From: Octopus vulgaris | Lineage: Eukaryota | Direction: 5' to 3' | DNA length: 64,000 nucleotides | NCBI GenBank assembly: GCA_951406725.2 | Contig: OX597820.1 | Span: 39,680,001 to 39,744,000, forward strand | Shown here: piece after piece, positions 40,531-57,360 of the stretch | How the letters are laid out: each line of letters begins with the position of its first letter | Position numbering within the stretch: the stretch's first letter is position 1 | The notes under the pieces: model-generated | Database searches by the model: none | What the model was told of the DNA's origin: nothing | What the model saw: the letters and a program-made list of their open reading frames with translations, nothing else | Position numbers and translations under genes: made by a program

Positions 40531-42517
40531 TAAGTTCAAGCGAAACAAAATGTAATAGGTGCAAAACATACTTTCTGCAGCATAGTTTTTGCTATAAAAT
40601 TGTTTTTTAGGTAATATTTCAAAAAGAAATATTCCAGCATCTTAAAGTCACCAATTTAACAAAAATTACTATGCGTCACCAATGTAACAAAGTACAGAAA
40701 GTCAACATTTATTTGGAACATGTACTACATGTTATAAATTTCAGGATTTAATGTCATGGTGAAGAAAGTCAAGCTCCAAGAAAATTCAGAAGGCATAATT
40801 CAATTTTTCATACAAAAACAATTTATTATTTTATCATTTTTAAACGAAAGTGTGTACAAAGGAATATATTGCTGTTGTGAACGTTAATTAATTTAAGATA
40901 TTTGCTGAAGGATGCATGTAGCAAGACATAAATTATTTTGACATCACTTACTATATATTTTAACTGTGTAAGGTTATAGGCTGTAGAGTAAATACGACGT
41001 TAGAATTGTTAAAAAAAGCATTATCTTCATACTGGTTATAAGGAGTGGAATAACATGTCTGTAATTATATTGAAAGACACGGTAAGGCTTTATACTTCGC
41101 CAAGATTCCGAATGTATTATAATAGCCAGAATAACATTTTTAAAGGCATATTTGCGAGCGTTGTGAGTGCTGTCAAATCAGACAAATCTTCATGTTTATA
41201 AAAAGCAGAATAATATTCCAGCACGTCAGTAGTGATAATCGACAATGCTGTTTAAACCGCATGATGAAAAAGAAAATTCAAACTGTGGTACTTCAAAGTG
41301 AACGTTGTTGTTCGTTCAACATCCAGGCCGCAACTAAACTAAATTCATTCAACATTGGCGCGTTTCCCTGTTGGGCGGTACAGTCACATACATATACTAA
41401 GACAGATACAGACAGACATGCATTCACGCACACACCTCAGGCCTATCTCTGTTCCTCTGTGTGTCTGTCTTTAGGTGTGTGTATCTGTGTGTGTTAGTCG
41501 TCACAAAAATGTATGTATACTGTCACGCATATACTGACACACACATACACTTGTCAATCATCAGCCGAACGTACGTAGCAAACGCGCAAACACAGACACA
41601 TACACACTCAAATAGAAAATGTGACGTGGTGGTGGTAGTGGCGGTAGTAGTATAAAATGTCGTTCAGTTTGAAACCAAATTAAACCAAATTACTCGACTA
41701 TTTTTGCGCTTAAAATTATCGCGTTTCTACATTCGCTTCAACATTGAGCATTCGTTAAATGTATACGTCTTGTATGAAATGAACAAATACCTACGACTTA
41801 CTTAACTTTGTTTACACGCCTCTTAAATATTTTGAGTGTCACGCCAGATACTTTCAATCAATGCAGGCACATCAGGATTGTATGGAGAATAGTTGGAAAT
41901 ATGCATGACTACCTACCGCACTGATTATGCAAAATAATAATTAAACATTTAATTCATTGTTTATCATTAAAAAAATTGAAGTTTTCATTTTATATTAACA
42001 TTTAAAAATTCAAATGGGTATTTTAACTTAACGTTACCTGTTTTAAATGTTTGACATGTCAATATACGTACTTAGGCATACAATTATTCATTGGTGTTAG
42101 CTTCAACTATGAATGATATACTTTCACACTCACATATAAATATATGTATGCATATAGGTTTGCATATGGGTGTGTGTGTTAGTATAAAGAAAAGCAACGT
42201 GTTTAACAACAAAAACGTAGACCTCAATATCGTTTGAAACAGAAGAATAAATTTATCAAGTGACATAAGCATGAAGTGCTTACATCCAAAACTCAGAGTT
42301 TCTCGATCGCAATTTATTTATCCTTATCGTTTGTCAACTGCTGCACGTACGTTTAGTGCAAGAAAAAATAGGTTTTCGCGTTTATTAAACATAATTCCTA
42401 CAATTGAGGAACGATAGTATGTATCGACTAAATCGCTGTCGAAGATACACTTAGCAAGTGTTTCATGCATGTCATGCAATAATTATATACATACATACAT
42501 ATATACATGCATACATA

Positions 42518-42956
42518 CAAATTCAGGTTTATACCAGTAATTATTGGGGACCTGGGATATGTAACACACTGCCTAAATAACAATCTTGAGGAATTAGATA
42601 TCTCAAAACCAAAAAGGAGAAAGCTAATTCAAAGGCTACAGTTCCAATCCATCATTGGATCTGAAGACGTCTGTAAAACTTTCCAGAAGTTTATCATTTA
42701 AATATATATGAGCATGTCTAGATATGTAACTCTAGGCATGGGAATACATACATAAAACATACAAATCTGCACATACATGTATGTATGCATGCGTACATGC
42801 ATACGTACATACATACATGCATACATAGATACATACATACAAACAAAAATACTCTGTTGTTGATTTTGAAATTCCAATGAAGGAACATTAGATCTAGGTT
42901 AGAAACCGGTTCTTTCTCTATTGGCAAGAAATCTTGAATTAAACTAAATAATGACT
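42518..42956 (+). mobile_element. 3' fragment of RLE LINE family 4 embedded in (TACA)n
   Basis: KFRFIPVIIGDLGYV...LIQRLQFQSIIG..VCKTF (RLE LINE C-terminus), 3' UTR, (TACA)n on both flanks. Confidence 0.75.
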
Positions 42957-42990
42957 TACATACATACGCACATGTACATACATACATACA

Positions 42991-43025
<35 letters not shown>

Positions 43026-43171
43026 GTTCAGTTATAATAAAAACAATTTTACATTATTTGAATGGGTACCACATACTTTTGAAGAGTACTAATTTATTAT
43101 TTTGTAACAAGAATATTGACAGTAGCGTTGAAGTTACTACCAGCTCAACCATCATTACACAGTTTAGAAAA

Positions 43172-43292
<121 letters not shown>

Positions 43293-43306
43293 TATATATA
43301 TATATT

Positions 43307-43489
43307 GATTAAATTAATACATAATTAAAAAGGGACTAAACATTTTAGGCAAGGAAATTGAAATAATATAAAAATATAAATATAAATAAAGGGCGAAGTG
43401 GTAACCTTTATTTATATTTATATTTATATTTTTGTTTATATTATTTTAGTTTCATTGCCTAGCCGCTTTTATTATGCATTAAATTAATC
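43307..43489. repeat. AT-rich fold-back inverted repeat between (TA)n tracts
   Basis: GATTAAATTAATACATAATTAAAAG and TAGGCAAGGAAATTGAAATAATATAAA...AAATAAAGG pair with their reverse complements around a 12-nt loop GCGAAGTGGTAA. Confidence 0.8.
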
Positions 43490-43517
43490 CACATATTTTC
43501 TTCATTCGACTTCACTC

Positions 43518-43559
<42 letters not shown>

Positions 43560-44359
43560 CAGGGAATTATGAAGGTTACTCTGCTTACTATGCATAAAAT
43601 GCAGAATATTTTATTCTTTTGTAGATTAGGTAGGCATGGTTCGACCCTGATTTTCAGGCTTAGTATTTATGCTGCGCATGGTACTGCTGTAGTACACGTG
43701 CTGCGTACACTCCTTACAACACCGTTTTCTTTACGTGCTATAAAGGTAGAAGTAAATCTGTCTTTAACTTAGTCTCGCGCCTGTTGCGCTTTGATATATA
43801 TATATATATATATTGGTGTTTGAATTTTGACATGGATCGCTTTCATTGTACTTGCATTTTGCATTACTACATCCTTTCTTTCATTAATTTGTTATTACAT
43901 AGTTACGGAAATAGGACTAAAATTTGATAATTCAGGTAGTAAAAAAGTGAAAATTTCAAAGTTTTTGTGTAGTCAGCCTAAACATATTATGCATGTGTGG
44001 ATATGTGTGTATTTGTGCGTGCGTGTGTGTTTGAGAGCGTGTACGTGTACGTATATATGCATGTGTATATATATATATATAGATACCTACATGCATACAT
44101 TCATACATATATGTACATTTACATATATATATATATATACATACATATATACATATGTGTAGAGTGAAAGAATGTGTGCATGCGCACATACATACATACA
44201 TACAAATATATGTGTACCCGCATATATGTATGTGTGTGTTTGTGTGTCTGTGTATGTGAATGTAAGCGATATGAGTGAAAACAATGATAGTGACAAAGTA
44301 GAAAGTAGTTTGCTAGGGAATAGTAAGATAAATTGAGAAAGAGGTAGATAGCTACACCC

Positions 44360-44411
<52 letters not shown>

Positions 44412-45303
44412 ATATGTATGTATGTATATAGATAGATAGATAAACAGACAGATAGACTGATAGATAGATAAGCAAGTAGAAACAGACATGTAGACAGCCA
44501 AAGAATGATCGATAGATTGATAGATGAAAAGGAAGTGCAAAAGAAAAAAAGTAAGGTAAAACGAAAGATAGTATCGCAAAAGGATACGGAAAAATACGGA
44601 AGTAGATTAGGCATAAGGAAGCCATGAGAAAAACAGAAAACCAAAGGGAAAGTGAAGGAAAAACAGTGATAGAAGTGCAGAGAGGAGAAAGATAAAATAG
44701 ATAGAAAGCAAAAAGACGAAAGTAGAGATGATCGAAACGCATAAGCTGTGTGCTCTGCATTTGCCCGGTTAAAATAAACCACCACCCATTACATATAAAT
44801 GCACACAAGAAAGAATGGCAAGAGAAGTTATCGACCTAATGACGAGGGTAATGAAACGTAGCGGAAGTTATAAAAGTTGGAACAAAATCCGGTTCTGGGG
44901 AATAGGAGGTGAAGAGTTCAATGGAAGGATACTTTTAAATGAAGAGAAGCTCATAACCGGAAGTACTGGTATAAAGAGCGTAGGAACGGCGAAAAGAAAG
45001 TGTAACCTCGAGTCGTAGGCATTCGCGTTTCGTCACGTAAAGACGTGAGTGTTAGTGTGCGAGTGTGAGTGTGAGTCTGCGTGTGTCAGTGTCAGTGTGT
45101 ACGTGTGCCTATGAGTGTATGTATATGCATACAGTCTGATATTAAAACATTTATAGTTAAACTGCTGCATTTTATGTGGACACATATACACGGGCAGAAA
45201 GATTGACACATTCATGCATTTGCCAGAGGTGATTAAAATGTACGTATGGATAGATTTCGAAGAATGTACGTATTTACAGGAATAGGTGGATATGCGTGTT
45301 TTC

Positions 45304-47110
<1,807 letters not shown>

Positions 47111-47337
47111 TCGCCATTATTATTTATATATTTATTTATTTAATTTTTCTTTTGATTTCTCCCTCCTTTATTAAATGGTATTTTTCAAAAATAATTTTAC
47201 GCTTTTATTTATTGATTTATTATTTTTTCGCTATTATTTTATATATATGTTTTTTGATATTTTCCCCACTGTTGTAAAATGTCTAAATGAGATTACTATT
47301 ATTTTTTTTCATACTTACCAACCAGCATCATAATGAA

Positions 47338-47759
47338 ATCATCATCATCATCATCATCATCACCATCACCGTCACCATCATCACCATCATCATCATCATC
47401 ATTATCATCATCGCCAATGTCAATTCCATCTTCATCTGCATCATCACCACCCATCATCAACATCATTCTTCAATCATCATTATCAACATCATTCAGCATT
47501 ATCATCATTGTTATTTATCATCATCATTACCATCTTCCTCATTATATCCCTAACCACCATCACCACCACCACCACCACTAACACCATCACACTCATCACA
47601 ACCACAACCATCATCACAGCCATCATAAGCACCATCACCACCACCACCACCACCACCACCACCACCACCATCACTGCCATCACAGTCACGACTAGCACTA
47701 CTACTACGATCATCATCATCGTCATCATCATCGTCATCATCATCATCGTCATCGTCATC

Positions 47760-47811
<52 letters not shown>

Positions 47812-48163
47812 CCACTCATACCACCATTATCACTTCCAGTACCATTCACCACCAGCATCACTACTTCTATTCCTCATAATACTCATAGCACCGCTACCAC
47901 TGTAATCAACATTATGAATATTCCCCTCTTCGTTACCACCTCTGACACCAGCAACATGACAGCGCCCCCATAAAGCATAATCATCAATACTATCCTCATG
48001 ATCACCATTTCTGCCTTCATTATCATCCTCACCATCGTCGTCATGATCATCATCCTCATGATTATCATCATCATCATCATCATCATCTCCACCACCACCA
48101 CCACCACCATCACCACCAACAACGATATCATCCTTATCATCATCATCATCATCATCATTATTG

Positions 48164-48200
<37 letters not shown>

Positions 48201-48590
48201 TATCGTCATCATCATCACCACAGCCATCACCATCGACACCATCATCATAATCATGATAATTTCCATCACCACTAATACCTTCATCATCATCATTATCGTT
48301 ACTGTAGTCATCGTCATCATCATCATCATCATCAACACATACAGCTCGCAGCATTACAACCACCACCACCACCACCACCACCACCACCACCACCATCTCC
48401 ACCACCACCAGCCCCATCATTACTACCACTACTCTCGCTATTACTATCACCATCAACACTTCCACCGTCACCACCACCACCGTTACCACTATCACCCCCT
48501 CGTCCCCACCACCACCCTTACCACCACCACCACCGTACCCACCACCACCGTTACCACCACCACCACCATCACCTCCCCCCACCACCACCA
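47338..48590. repeat. Degenerate (CAT)n/(CAC)n triplet field of about 1.25 kb
   Basis: Direct reading; produces poly-I/T/H/D/G pseudo-ORFs. Confidence 0.93.
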
Positions 48591-49177
48591 TTTCCTCTTT
48601 TCATAATCTTTATTATCATCAACCCGCTCTTCTCCTCCTCTAACAATTTTTCCTCCTCTCCCAACCTCTCTCCACCTAGTCGCTGTAACAAATAAAATCC
48701 AGATCGAAGTGAAAATAATAGCGAGGCCAGAAATTTACATTTATCATTAAGGTACTCTTGCAAATACTTTGTTCTCCACTTATATTTATTATACATCCAG
48801 TAATCGCCCTTCTTCCCCATCACCATTTATTGGGAGGGCGTGTGTTTCTATTTATGTGCTTCTATGTATGTGTACGTGTGTGTGTGTGTGTGTGCGCGCT
48901 TGTATATATATGTATCATTGCGAGTGTATGTCAGGAGTGCTTCTTCACATCTATACAGCCTTTCCATAATGTGTATAAACATTTGTATGTATGTATGTAT
49001 GTACGTAAATATATTGTCAATTCTTCTTCTTTTCTTCTTCTTTTCTTCTTCTTCTTCTTCTTCTTCTTCTTCTTCTTCTTCTTCTTCTTCTTCTTCTTCT
49101 TCTTCTTCTTCTTCTTCTTCTTCTTCTTCTTCTTCTTCTTCTTCTTCTTCTTCTTCTTCTTCTCTGGAAACATAGGT

Positions 49178-49979
<802 letters not shown>

Positions 49980-50007
49980 GTCAACGTCGTCGTCGTCGTC
50001 GTCGTCG

Positions 50008-50047
<40 letters not shown>

Positions 50048-50133
50048 TATTAATATTATTATTATTATTATTATCATTATTATTATTATTATTATTATCA
50101 TTATTATTATTATTATTATTATCATTATTATTA

Positions 50134-51558
50134 TTGCCTTTGCACAGCTGCTAACGCTGAAGATGTATTACAGTGTCAGCTGTTCACTACCAGTGAACTA
50201 AGGTAACACCTCTTATATTTCGAGTACCTTCCGGAATATTCAAGCGGTTCCAAACAGTGCTGTTTTCGGAAAGTGCTCCACCCTCATTGCCGCTTCTATT
50301 TGTTGCACGTACTTCTCGAGATTTTTGCTCACTGTTCCCAGGGCTCCGATAATTATTGGTACTATTGCTACCTTTCTATCGACAACAACTGCTTAACTTC
50401 CCAAGCTAACCTGTCATATATGTCGACTTTTCTTTCTTCCTCATCGCATACCTTGTTGTCAGCTGGGCATGCTATATCTATGATCCAGCATAGTTTGTTT
50501 TCTTTCTCAATTAAGACTATGTCCGGCTTCCTATCCTCTATCTCATGGTCGCACTGAATCATAAAATCCCATAGGATCTTTGCATTTCTCTTTTCGATGA
50601 TGCCTTCAGGTTTGTGGTTTTACCAAGTTTTTGCTCTGTCAAGTCCATACTTTTTACGAAGTATCCAATGGACAAGCCTGGCTATATTTTCACTGGGTCT
50701 CTTATATTCCTTCTGGGCTAGTGGCGTACATTGGCAGGTAATATGCCATACGGTTTCACCGTTTTGTCCACAGATTCTGCACTTATTACTTTCTGCTGTG
50801 TTGTCTATTCTGTATATTATGTAGTTTGTTCTTAGTGCTTGCTCTTGGGCAGCACAGATAGGAGCCTCTGTTACCGGTTTTAAATCACTTTTAGTCATCC
50901 ACAGCCATATATTACTTTGTCTGTCTTATCTTCAACATTCCTATGAAATTGACCATGCATTCTTTTCTATACCCACCTATTCTCAGTTTCTTCGTTTTCA
51001 ATTTCTTATATAGTGCTTTATCTTTGCAATCGTTCATTCTACACAAACCTGACTTTCTTACCCCTAATAATAGCAGTTCAGTGGCATTTTTTACATACCA
51101 TGCTATGTTGTTTTCCTCTGCTCTAATGCTGTGTTCGCTTCCAATGATTCCTCTTCCCCCTCTTTTTCTTGGTGCATACAGTCTGTCTGTGTCACTTTTT
51201 GGGTGGAGTGACCCATATCTAGTTAGCAACTTCCTTGTCTTTCTGTCTAAGCTGTTTAGTTAGTCTACTATCCATACGAGTACCCTTGCGCCATATCTAA
51301 GGAGTGAAACCGCCCAGGTGTTGATAGCTTCGATCCTATTCCGTCCATATAATTTCGACTTTAGGATCAGTCTCAGTCTGCGCAAGTACTCCACTTTAAA
51401 TTTTTCTGTCATTTCTTTCTCCATCAATTTATCTATTTCCAAAATCCCCAAGCACTTATAGCCCGTCTCTTCAATCTGCTTCATACCCTCCCCCGATTGT
51501 ATCGTTAGTCCGTTCATGCATTTGATTTTGCCTCTCTTCAAGACTGACACACAACTAT
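50134..51558 (-). mobile_element. R4/Dong-type RLE LINE family 3, 5'-truncated, in (TAA)n
   Basis: AINTWAVSLLRY, LHPKSDTDRLY, AAQEQALRTN, CRICGQNGETVWHITCQC, KPDIVLIEKE..CWIIDIACP; (TTA)n both sides. Confidence 0.93.
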
Positions 51559-51560
51559 CA

Positions 51561-51618
<58 letters not shown>

Positions 51619-51664
51619 TATTATTATCATCATCATCATCATCATCATTATTATTATTATTATT

Positions 51665-53225
51665 CACTAGTTTTTTTTATAACGTGCTTTCACTTCACTA
51701 CCGAGCGCAAATCTTGTGCCTTGGGTATGTGCTGTGGTTTGCTGTGATGCTCTTATAATTACTGCACTGAAAGTGTTTTGCATAGGATTTGTGCAGTGCC
51801 CTATAGTGCAATTTTCTGCATGTTGTATATAGTTGTAAGTTCTGGTGTTTTTATTATGTATTTGTCTGAATATTCGCTTTATCATACCTAATATGCTCAC
51901 TATAATAGGAATTGTTTCTGTTTTTAGATTCCGCATTCGAGCTACCTCTATTACCAGGTCTTTGTATTTTGAAAGTTTCTCCATTTCTTTTAGAAACACG
52001 TTGTCATCTACTGACATTGATACATCAATTAGAAAGCATTTTCCCTTCATGATCTCTGACAACTATATCTAGCCTATTGGCCTTAATTTCTCTATCTGTG
52101 TATTGGCATATCCCATGGTATGATTGTTTTCTCGTTTTCTGTGACCTTTTCTGGTGTGTGCCTATACCATATTTTTTCTGTTGTTATTCCATAGTGTTGG
52201 TATAGCTTCCAGTGTATGTAGACCCCCATCTCTGTCGTGTCTGTGAATAAATTTCTTCTTAGCCAGGATTGGGCAGCCAGAGATAATATGATTTATTGTT
52301 ACTTGCCCATCTCCATATATTCTGCAGTTACTTATGTTTTTTTCATTATATGTTTTTGGTAATTTCTGGTGGAGAGGCTTTGGTCTTGTGCTGCAATTAA
52401 AAACCCTTCAGTCTCTGCTTTTAGTCCTGAGCTTCTCAACAAATTGCTGGGATTTTTTCTCTGTCTATTTCTTTTGTGTTTAGTTTAGCGTAGTATTTGC
52501 CATGCAAGGGCTTTTCTTGCCATTGTTTTATCAAAGCCCGTTACTGTTCTAGCTTTAGTTTGGATTTCTTTTGTTTTATAGCTTTTTGTTGTTTCTTCTT
52601 CTTCTTCTTCTTCTTCTTCTTCTTCTTCTTCTTCTTCTTCTTCTTCTTCTTCTTCTTCTTCTTCTTCTTCTTTCTTCATATTTGCTAGGTAGTATGAATT
52701 CTGGTTTGTATTTGTCAGCTTCCTTAAATACTGAAAACAGTTTTTTGTTTTACTCGTGCTTTGTAGCTCTTTGTATTAGTTTTCCTTGCTTCTGAAGTGG
52801 ATATTCTTGAAATCCTAAAGTAGATATACTTGAAGTCCTTCCACATTCTATATGTTGTGTATATAGCCTTTCTATGTCAGATTTTGGGTGGTGCATCCTG
52901 GATCATGTCATTATCTTTCTTGTTTTCCTGTCTATTTTGGTTAGTTCATTTAGTGTCCAGTTAAGGATATTGTAGCTGCAACTTATAACTGGGACGGCTA
53001 GAGTGTTGATACCTATTATCTTGTCTTTAGCATTGAGCTCTGTTTTCAGTATTGATCTAACTCGTATTCTTTCTTTATTTTCTCTTTCATTTGTGTGTGT
53101 GTTGTATCGTATTTAGTTCATTGATTCCTAAATTATTGTATGTCTGGCTTTGGTCTAATTCTCTTATTTCATTAGCTTTGTCTAGTGTGATATTGCTACT
53201 CTTAACTAGTTTTCCTCCTTTTCTT
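51665..53225 (-). mobile_element. Second, more decayed copy of Dong-type family 1
   Basis: Colinear nucleotide similarity to 4851-6375 including the 3' UTR GTGCTTTCACTTCACTACCGAGCGCA; (TTA)n both sides. Confidence 0.93.
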
Positions 53226-53248
53226 CTCCTGTCAAGGTTGATTCAAGG

Positions 53249-53345
<97 letters not shown>

Positions 53346-53447
53346 CATTCTTCTTGTTCTTCCTTTTCTTCTTCTTCTTCTTCTTCTTCTTCTTCTTCTT
53401 CTTCTCCTCATTCTTCTTATTAATATTATTATTATTATTATTATTTA

Positions 53448-53780
53448 TGACGTCGCACGTGATGTTGATATTGCGTCTACTGGGGGTTTGTATTGTTTGT
53501 CAAGTCACAACAAGGACCTCAGACTTACACAGATACACAAATACATACGTACTTTCCTAGAAAGATAGATAGATAGATAGACAGAGAGAGATAAATAGAT
53601 AGACAAATATAGATATATGCACACGCATACACATAATTATGCACATGTATACTTATACTTATACATATATATATATGTATGCATGTATATGTATATATAA
53701 GCATATACGACAGACAGTACTTTATGCAATATGCGTTCAGTTCCACGTAATTCCGACTTTTGCAATATACCTATATTGTC
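53448..53780 (-). mobile_element. 3' tip of RLE LINE family 2, interrupted by an insertion at 53525-53708
   Basis: Reverse complement matches 8375-8520 (GCAAAA.TCGG.ATTAC.TGGAACTG.ACGCATATTGC, CTGAGGTCCTTGTTGTGACTT). Confidence 0.85.
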
Positions 53781-54270
53781 AGGCAGATTCAGGACTACTT
53801 CGTCAAAACAGAAGCCGTCTTCGTAATAGAATTGAGAAAACCAAGTTTCCTCAGGTAGCTACCCCAACAGAATTATCTACCTTACCAACCGTACCCAGGG
53901 ACATTCCTGAGTACAGCTGCGACAATTCAGCAGAACATTTCGTGAACAAGTTGACCAACCAGAGACCCAGTTCACTTGCCTACAGGGATGTCCCACCTGC
54001 CAAGTCGTGAAGTCCCAAGCCAGCAGTGTACACCAGGAGTGGTCGGGGAATTCCACCACCAAAGAAACTGTCGTTATGAACTCATAACCTGAAAGGATGA
54101 TGTGGTATTATCTCCCTTCGATTAGTCACCTACCATTACGGGAACTCTATAGTTTAAAAGAACACATTCGGATCCCTAATAATAAGAGGCCATTACTGTG
54201 TATGCTTTGCCAGTAAACGAAGTTCTCTTTCTATTTATTAACCAATATCGTCAACCTTCGATATACCACA
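53780..54270 (+). mobile_element. Gypsy 3' end: integrase tail, purine tract and 170-bp LTR (54101-54270)
   Basis: GLLRQNRSRLR and YTRSGRGIPPPKKLSL* typical of Gypsy IN C-termini; GAAAGGATGA then TGTGGTAT...ATACCACA terminal inverted ends. Confidence 0.78.
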
Positions 54271-54271
54271 A

Positions 54272-54770
54272 AGGTAACGAGCGACGGTATCATGACAGAA
54301 TCCCATCTGTTTGGATACCTCCTTAGTGGATTGGTGTGGATACTCGTGGATGTACTCGTTCAATCAAATTCTCATGGAATTGTACAGCTGGGCCGGGATA
54401 TGGAGAGTCTGTGGGATTAAATTTCCCTTCTCTGGAGCGTGAAAACCAATTCTATGCAGATATTTCTACAATAGCGCCTTCTCCGTATACAGCACAAATG
54501 TCTCGAGCCGCTTTGGCAGCTTTGGAAGCTTGTCTGAGACCGAAAAGAAACAGTTGTCGAAAATGCTTACTTTTTCTACTTGACACTGCATCGTTATGTC
54601 TGAATAGGAGGCAAAATGAATTGAGATTTCAAAAACGATAAACAAAAAGTTGTAAAGGAAGAAAAGATAAAAATATTCCTATACCGTCGCACCTTTCACG
54701 CCATAGTTTTGTTGATTAGAAGTTGCTCGTTATAACCTCTAATTGCTTTTTGATATCTTCTTATTTAACT
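54272..54770 (-). mobile_element. Mariner 5' fragment, decayed
   Basis: Manual translation MQCQVEKSKHFRQLFLF...AAKAARDICAVYGEGAI...NWFSR (mariner N-terminal HTH); right boundary approximate. Confidence 0.8.
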
Positions 54771-55155
54771 GTAATGTTATTGTTAATACCACAGTAATCC
54801 TGGCGGAATAACATCAAGTAGGTTGTATACGTTGCATACGTTTAATACTGGCATGTAATTTGCAGGTAGTTCATCGTTATTGAATGATTTATTTCAAGCA
54901 TCAGAAATAGGTGTATCATCTATATATTGTTTCAGCCAATGCCACTCAGCTTCCTATAAAATGTCCAGTATGAAATTTTTGCTTAAGATCAATAAGATAT
55001 CCTCCAGTAACAGGTTAGTTATTTATTCCCATATTCAACAATCAAGACGGCTATTTATTGGTAACAAAACTTTTATGCCATCCTGGTTAGCTAGTTTTTA
55101 TTATGGTTTATGCAAAAACCCTACCTCCGTCTAGCTGTATGTCTATCTCTAAGCA

Positions 55156-55200
<45 letters not shown>

Positions 55201-55314
55201 ATGTGTGTATGTGTGTATACATATATATATATATATACATACATATATATATATATATATGTGTGTATATATATATATACGTATATGCTTATATATACAT
55301 ATACATACATACAT

Positions 55315-55378
<64 letters not shown>

Positions 55379-55503
55379 AAGTATATATGTGCATAATTAT
55401 GTGTATGTGTGTGCATATATCTATATTTGTCTATTTATTTATCTATCTATCTAGGAAAGTACGTATGTATTTGTGTATCTGTGTAAGTATCTTTGTATGC
55501 ATA

Positions 55504-55550
<47 letters not shown>

Positions 55551-55849
55551 TTTTCAATGCATATACCACTCTTTATATCGCTGGTTATCTGATTACTAAA
55601 GCTATGATTAATCTAAACATTTTTCTTGTTCAGCCCTGACAGGAAATATCTGTTATGCTAACCAACAAAGACTAAAGCGCTATATCGCTATATTTTTCTA
55701 TATAGGTTTTCCTTTATGTGTGTACTTCTACATCAACTGACCTCTTTGAACTCGTATTCATCTATGATGATGTTCTCTATTTTCTACACAATTCGCATTT
55801 TGCTTGGATTTTTGCTTTACATTCTAAATCAACTTTCAACGAATGCTTT

Positions 55850-56285
55850 TTAACTCGTATGTCACACAGCATAACAGCTTTACGACTCTGTCTTTCCTAC
55901 CCCATCCCTCAGAGCAACCAGTGTTTCTTTGAAAGTTTCCACATTCTCTGTCTAAGCAAATTTCAAGATCTCCATTTAAAGAACATCTGATCGGTCTAGC
56001 AAGAGTCGTCTGTGTAAGATCTCACATCAAATATATTTGTTCCAAAGATCACTCTTTCATACTCGACCTCCTTCGATCTTGAATTAGAAAGAAAATTCTT
56101 CCAACATCACCTTTTACTGAAACGATCATCGTGGGCGATTTCAAAGCGTACAAGTTCTTTGTGGCTCGCCAACTCTCCTCCTTCTTCTTTATTCTGAATA
56201 CGACCGCCATTGAAGCTGAAATCGTTGGAAAATATTAATGACTTTTCTCCACTATTCATACATCTTACCCAGACTCTTGATCGTG
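55850..56285 (+). pseudogene. Ancient LINE AP-endonuclease remnant (Jockey/CR1 group)
   Basis: TETIIVGDFKA resembles the APE motif I.GDFN.H; otherwise highly eroded. Confidence 0.45.
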
Positions 56286-56981
56286 TCTACATCACATAGC
56301 GTCAGCAATCATCACATTATCGTACAAGCACAGATGTGCACACATAAAGATACATTCTCACTCTGTATGAGACACACTCTCTCTGACTTAAATTATTGCA
56401 ACACAAACGTTCTTGTACACATACACACACACACTCACACACACACACATATGAACGAATTTACATGTACACGAAGTACATTAGCTTGTCCACAAGTTCG
56501 GACAAATACATCTATTACTAAGTGCATACATAGCTTCATCTCCCGCCTTTAGATAGAAATTTGCATAAATACATGCCTCCATAGATGCATGTAAGCATGT
56601 ATATATGTTTGCAGGCATGAATATAGATAATCAGTGTCGAAACTTCCTTACATATTCTTTGCACAGCTTCGTTGTTAAAATCATCTTGAGATCCAATAGT
56701 GATCTATCTACTCAAAATATATTCTCTAGGATAAATCCAGCTTAAATACATAGGACAGAGAAGTATTATCTTTGGAGAGTATCTTGTTTGGAATTGTCGG
56801 CTATGTATCAAATCGTCCATCTTTCTGCCCGGTTGCCTTTCTCTCTTTTTCTTTGTCGTTCCGCTATACACACACCTAACCGCGTGCACACGGGTACACA
56901 CGACCGCGCATACACACACATATCTGTCTGTCTGTTTGTATGTATACATACATGCATACATACACACATACATACATACAT

Positions 56982-57012
<31 letters not shown>

Positions 57013-57018
57013 GACGCA

Positions 57019-57061
<43 letters not shown>

Positions 57062-57360
57062 CGAAGCGTTATCGGGAAGTGGTGTTTAGCTATGAGCAGA
57101 ATTTAAACTAGTTGAAATATGTTTGTCACACATTTCAACTGCTAAAGGCAAATACACTGCAGTAAAAAGGTGTGAAAACACCACTTCATTCAGTCCACCG
57201 ATATTGGGAATCCCAGACATCAACGCTTTGAATTTTTTGACTCTTGTCAATGAGATGTACCTAACAAAAGCCAAATCTGAAAGAACGTAATAAAGCCGTA
57301 GCTTTATATATAATTCAGTAAACAGACTGATTTGCGGTAGCCTAAAATCTGCTCGTATAT

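Noticed and set aside
42868-42916. Hammerhead-like layout GAAA..CCAATGA..GAAACCGGTTC TTTC in the LINE 3' UTR
   Set aside because: Core differs from CUGANGA and stem II is unconvincing in this copy.
47333-48606. Long low-complexity ORFs (poly-D/G, poly-I/T/H, up to 253 aa)
   Set aside because: CAT/CAC triplets lack stops in most frames; no domain or splice context.
54817-54829. AGTAGGTTGTATA matching part of let-7
   Set aside because: No seed and no hairpin; chance match.
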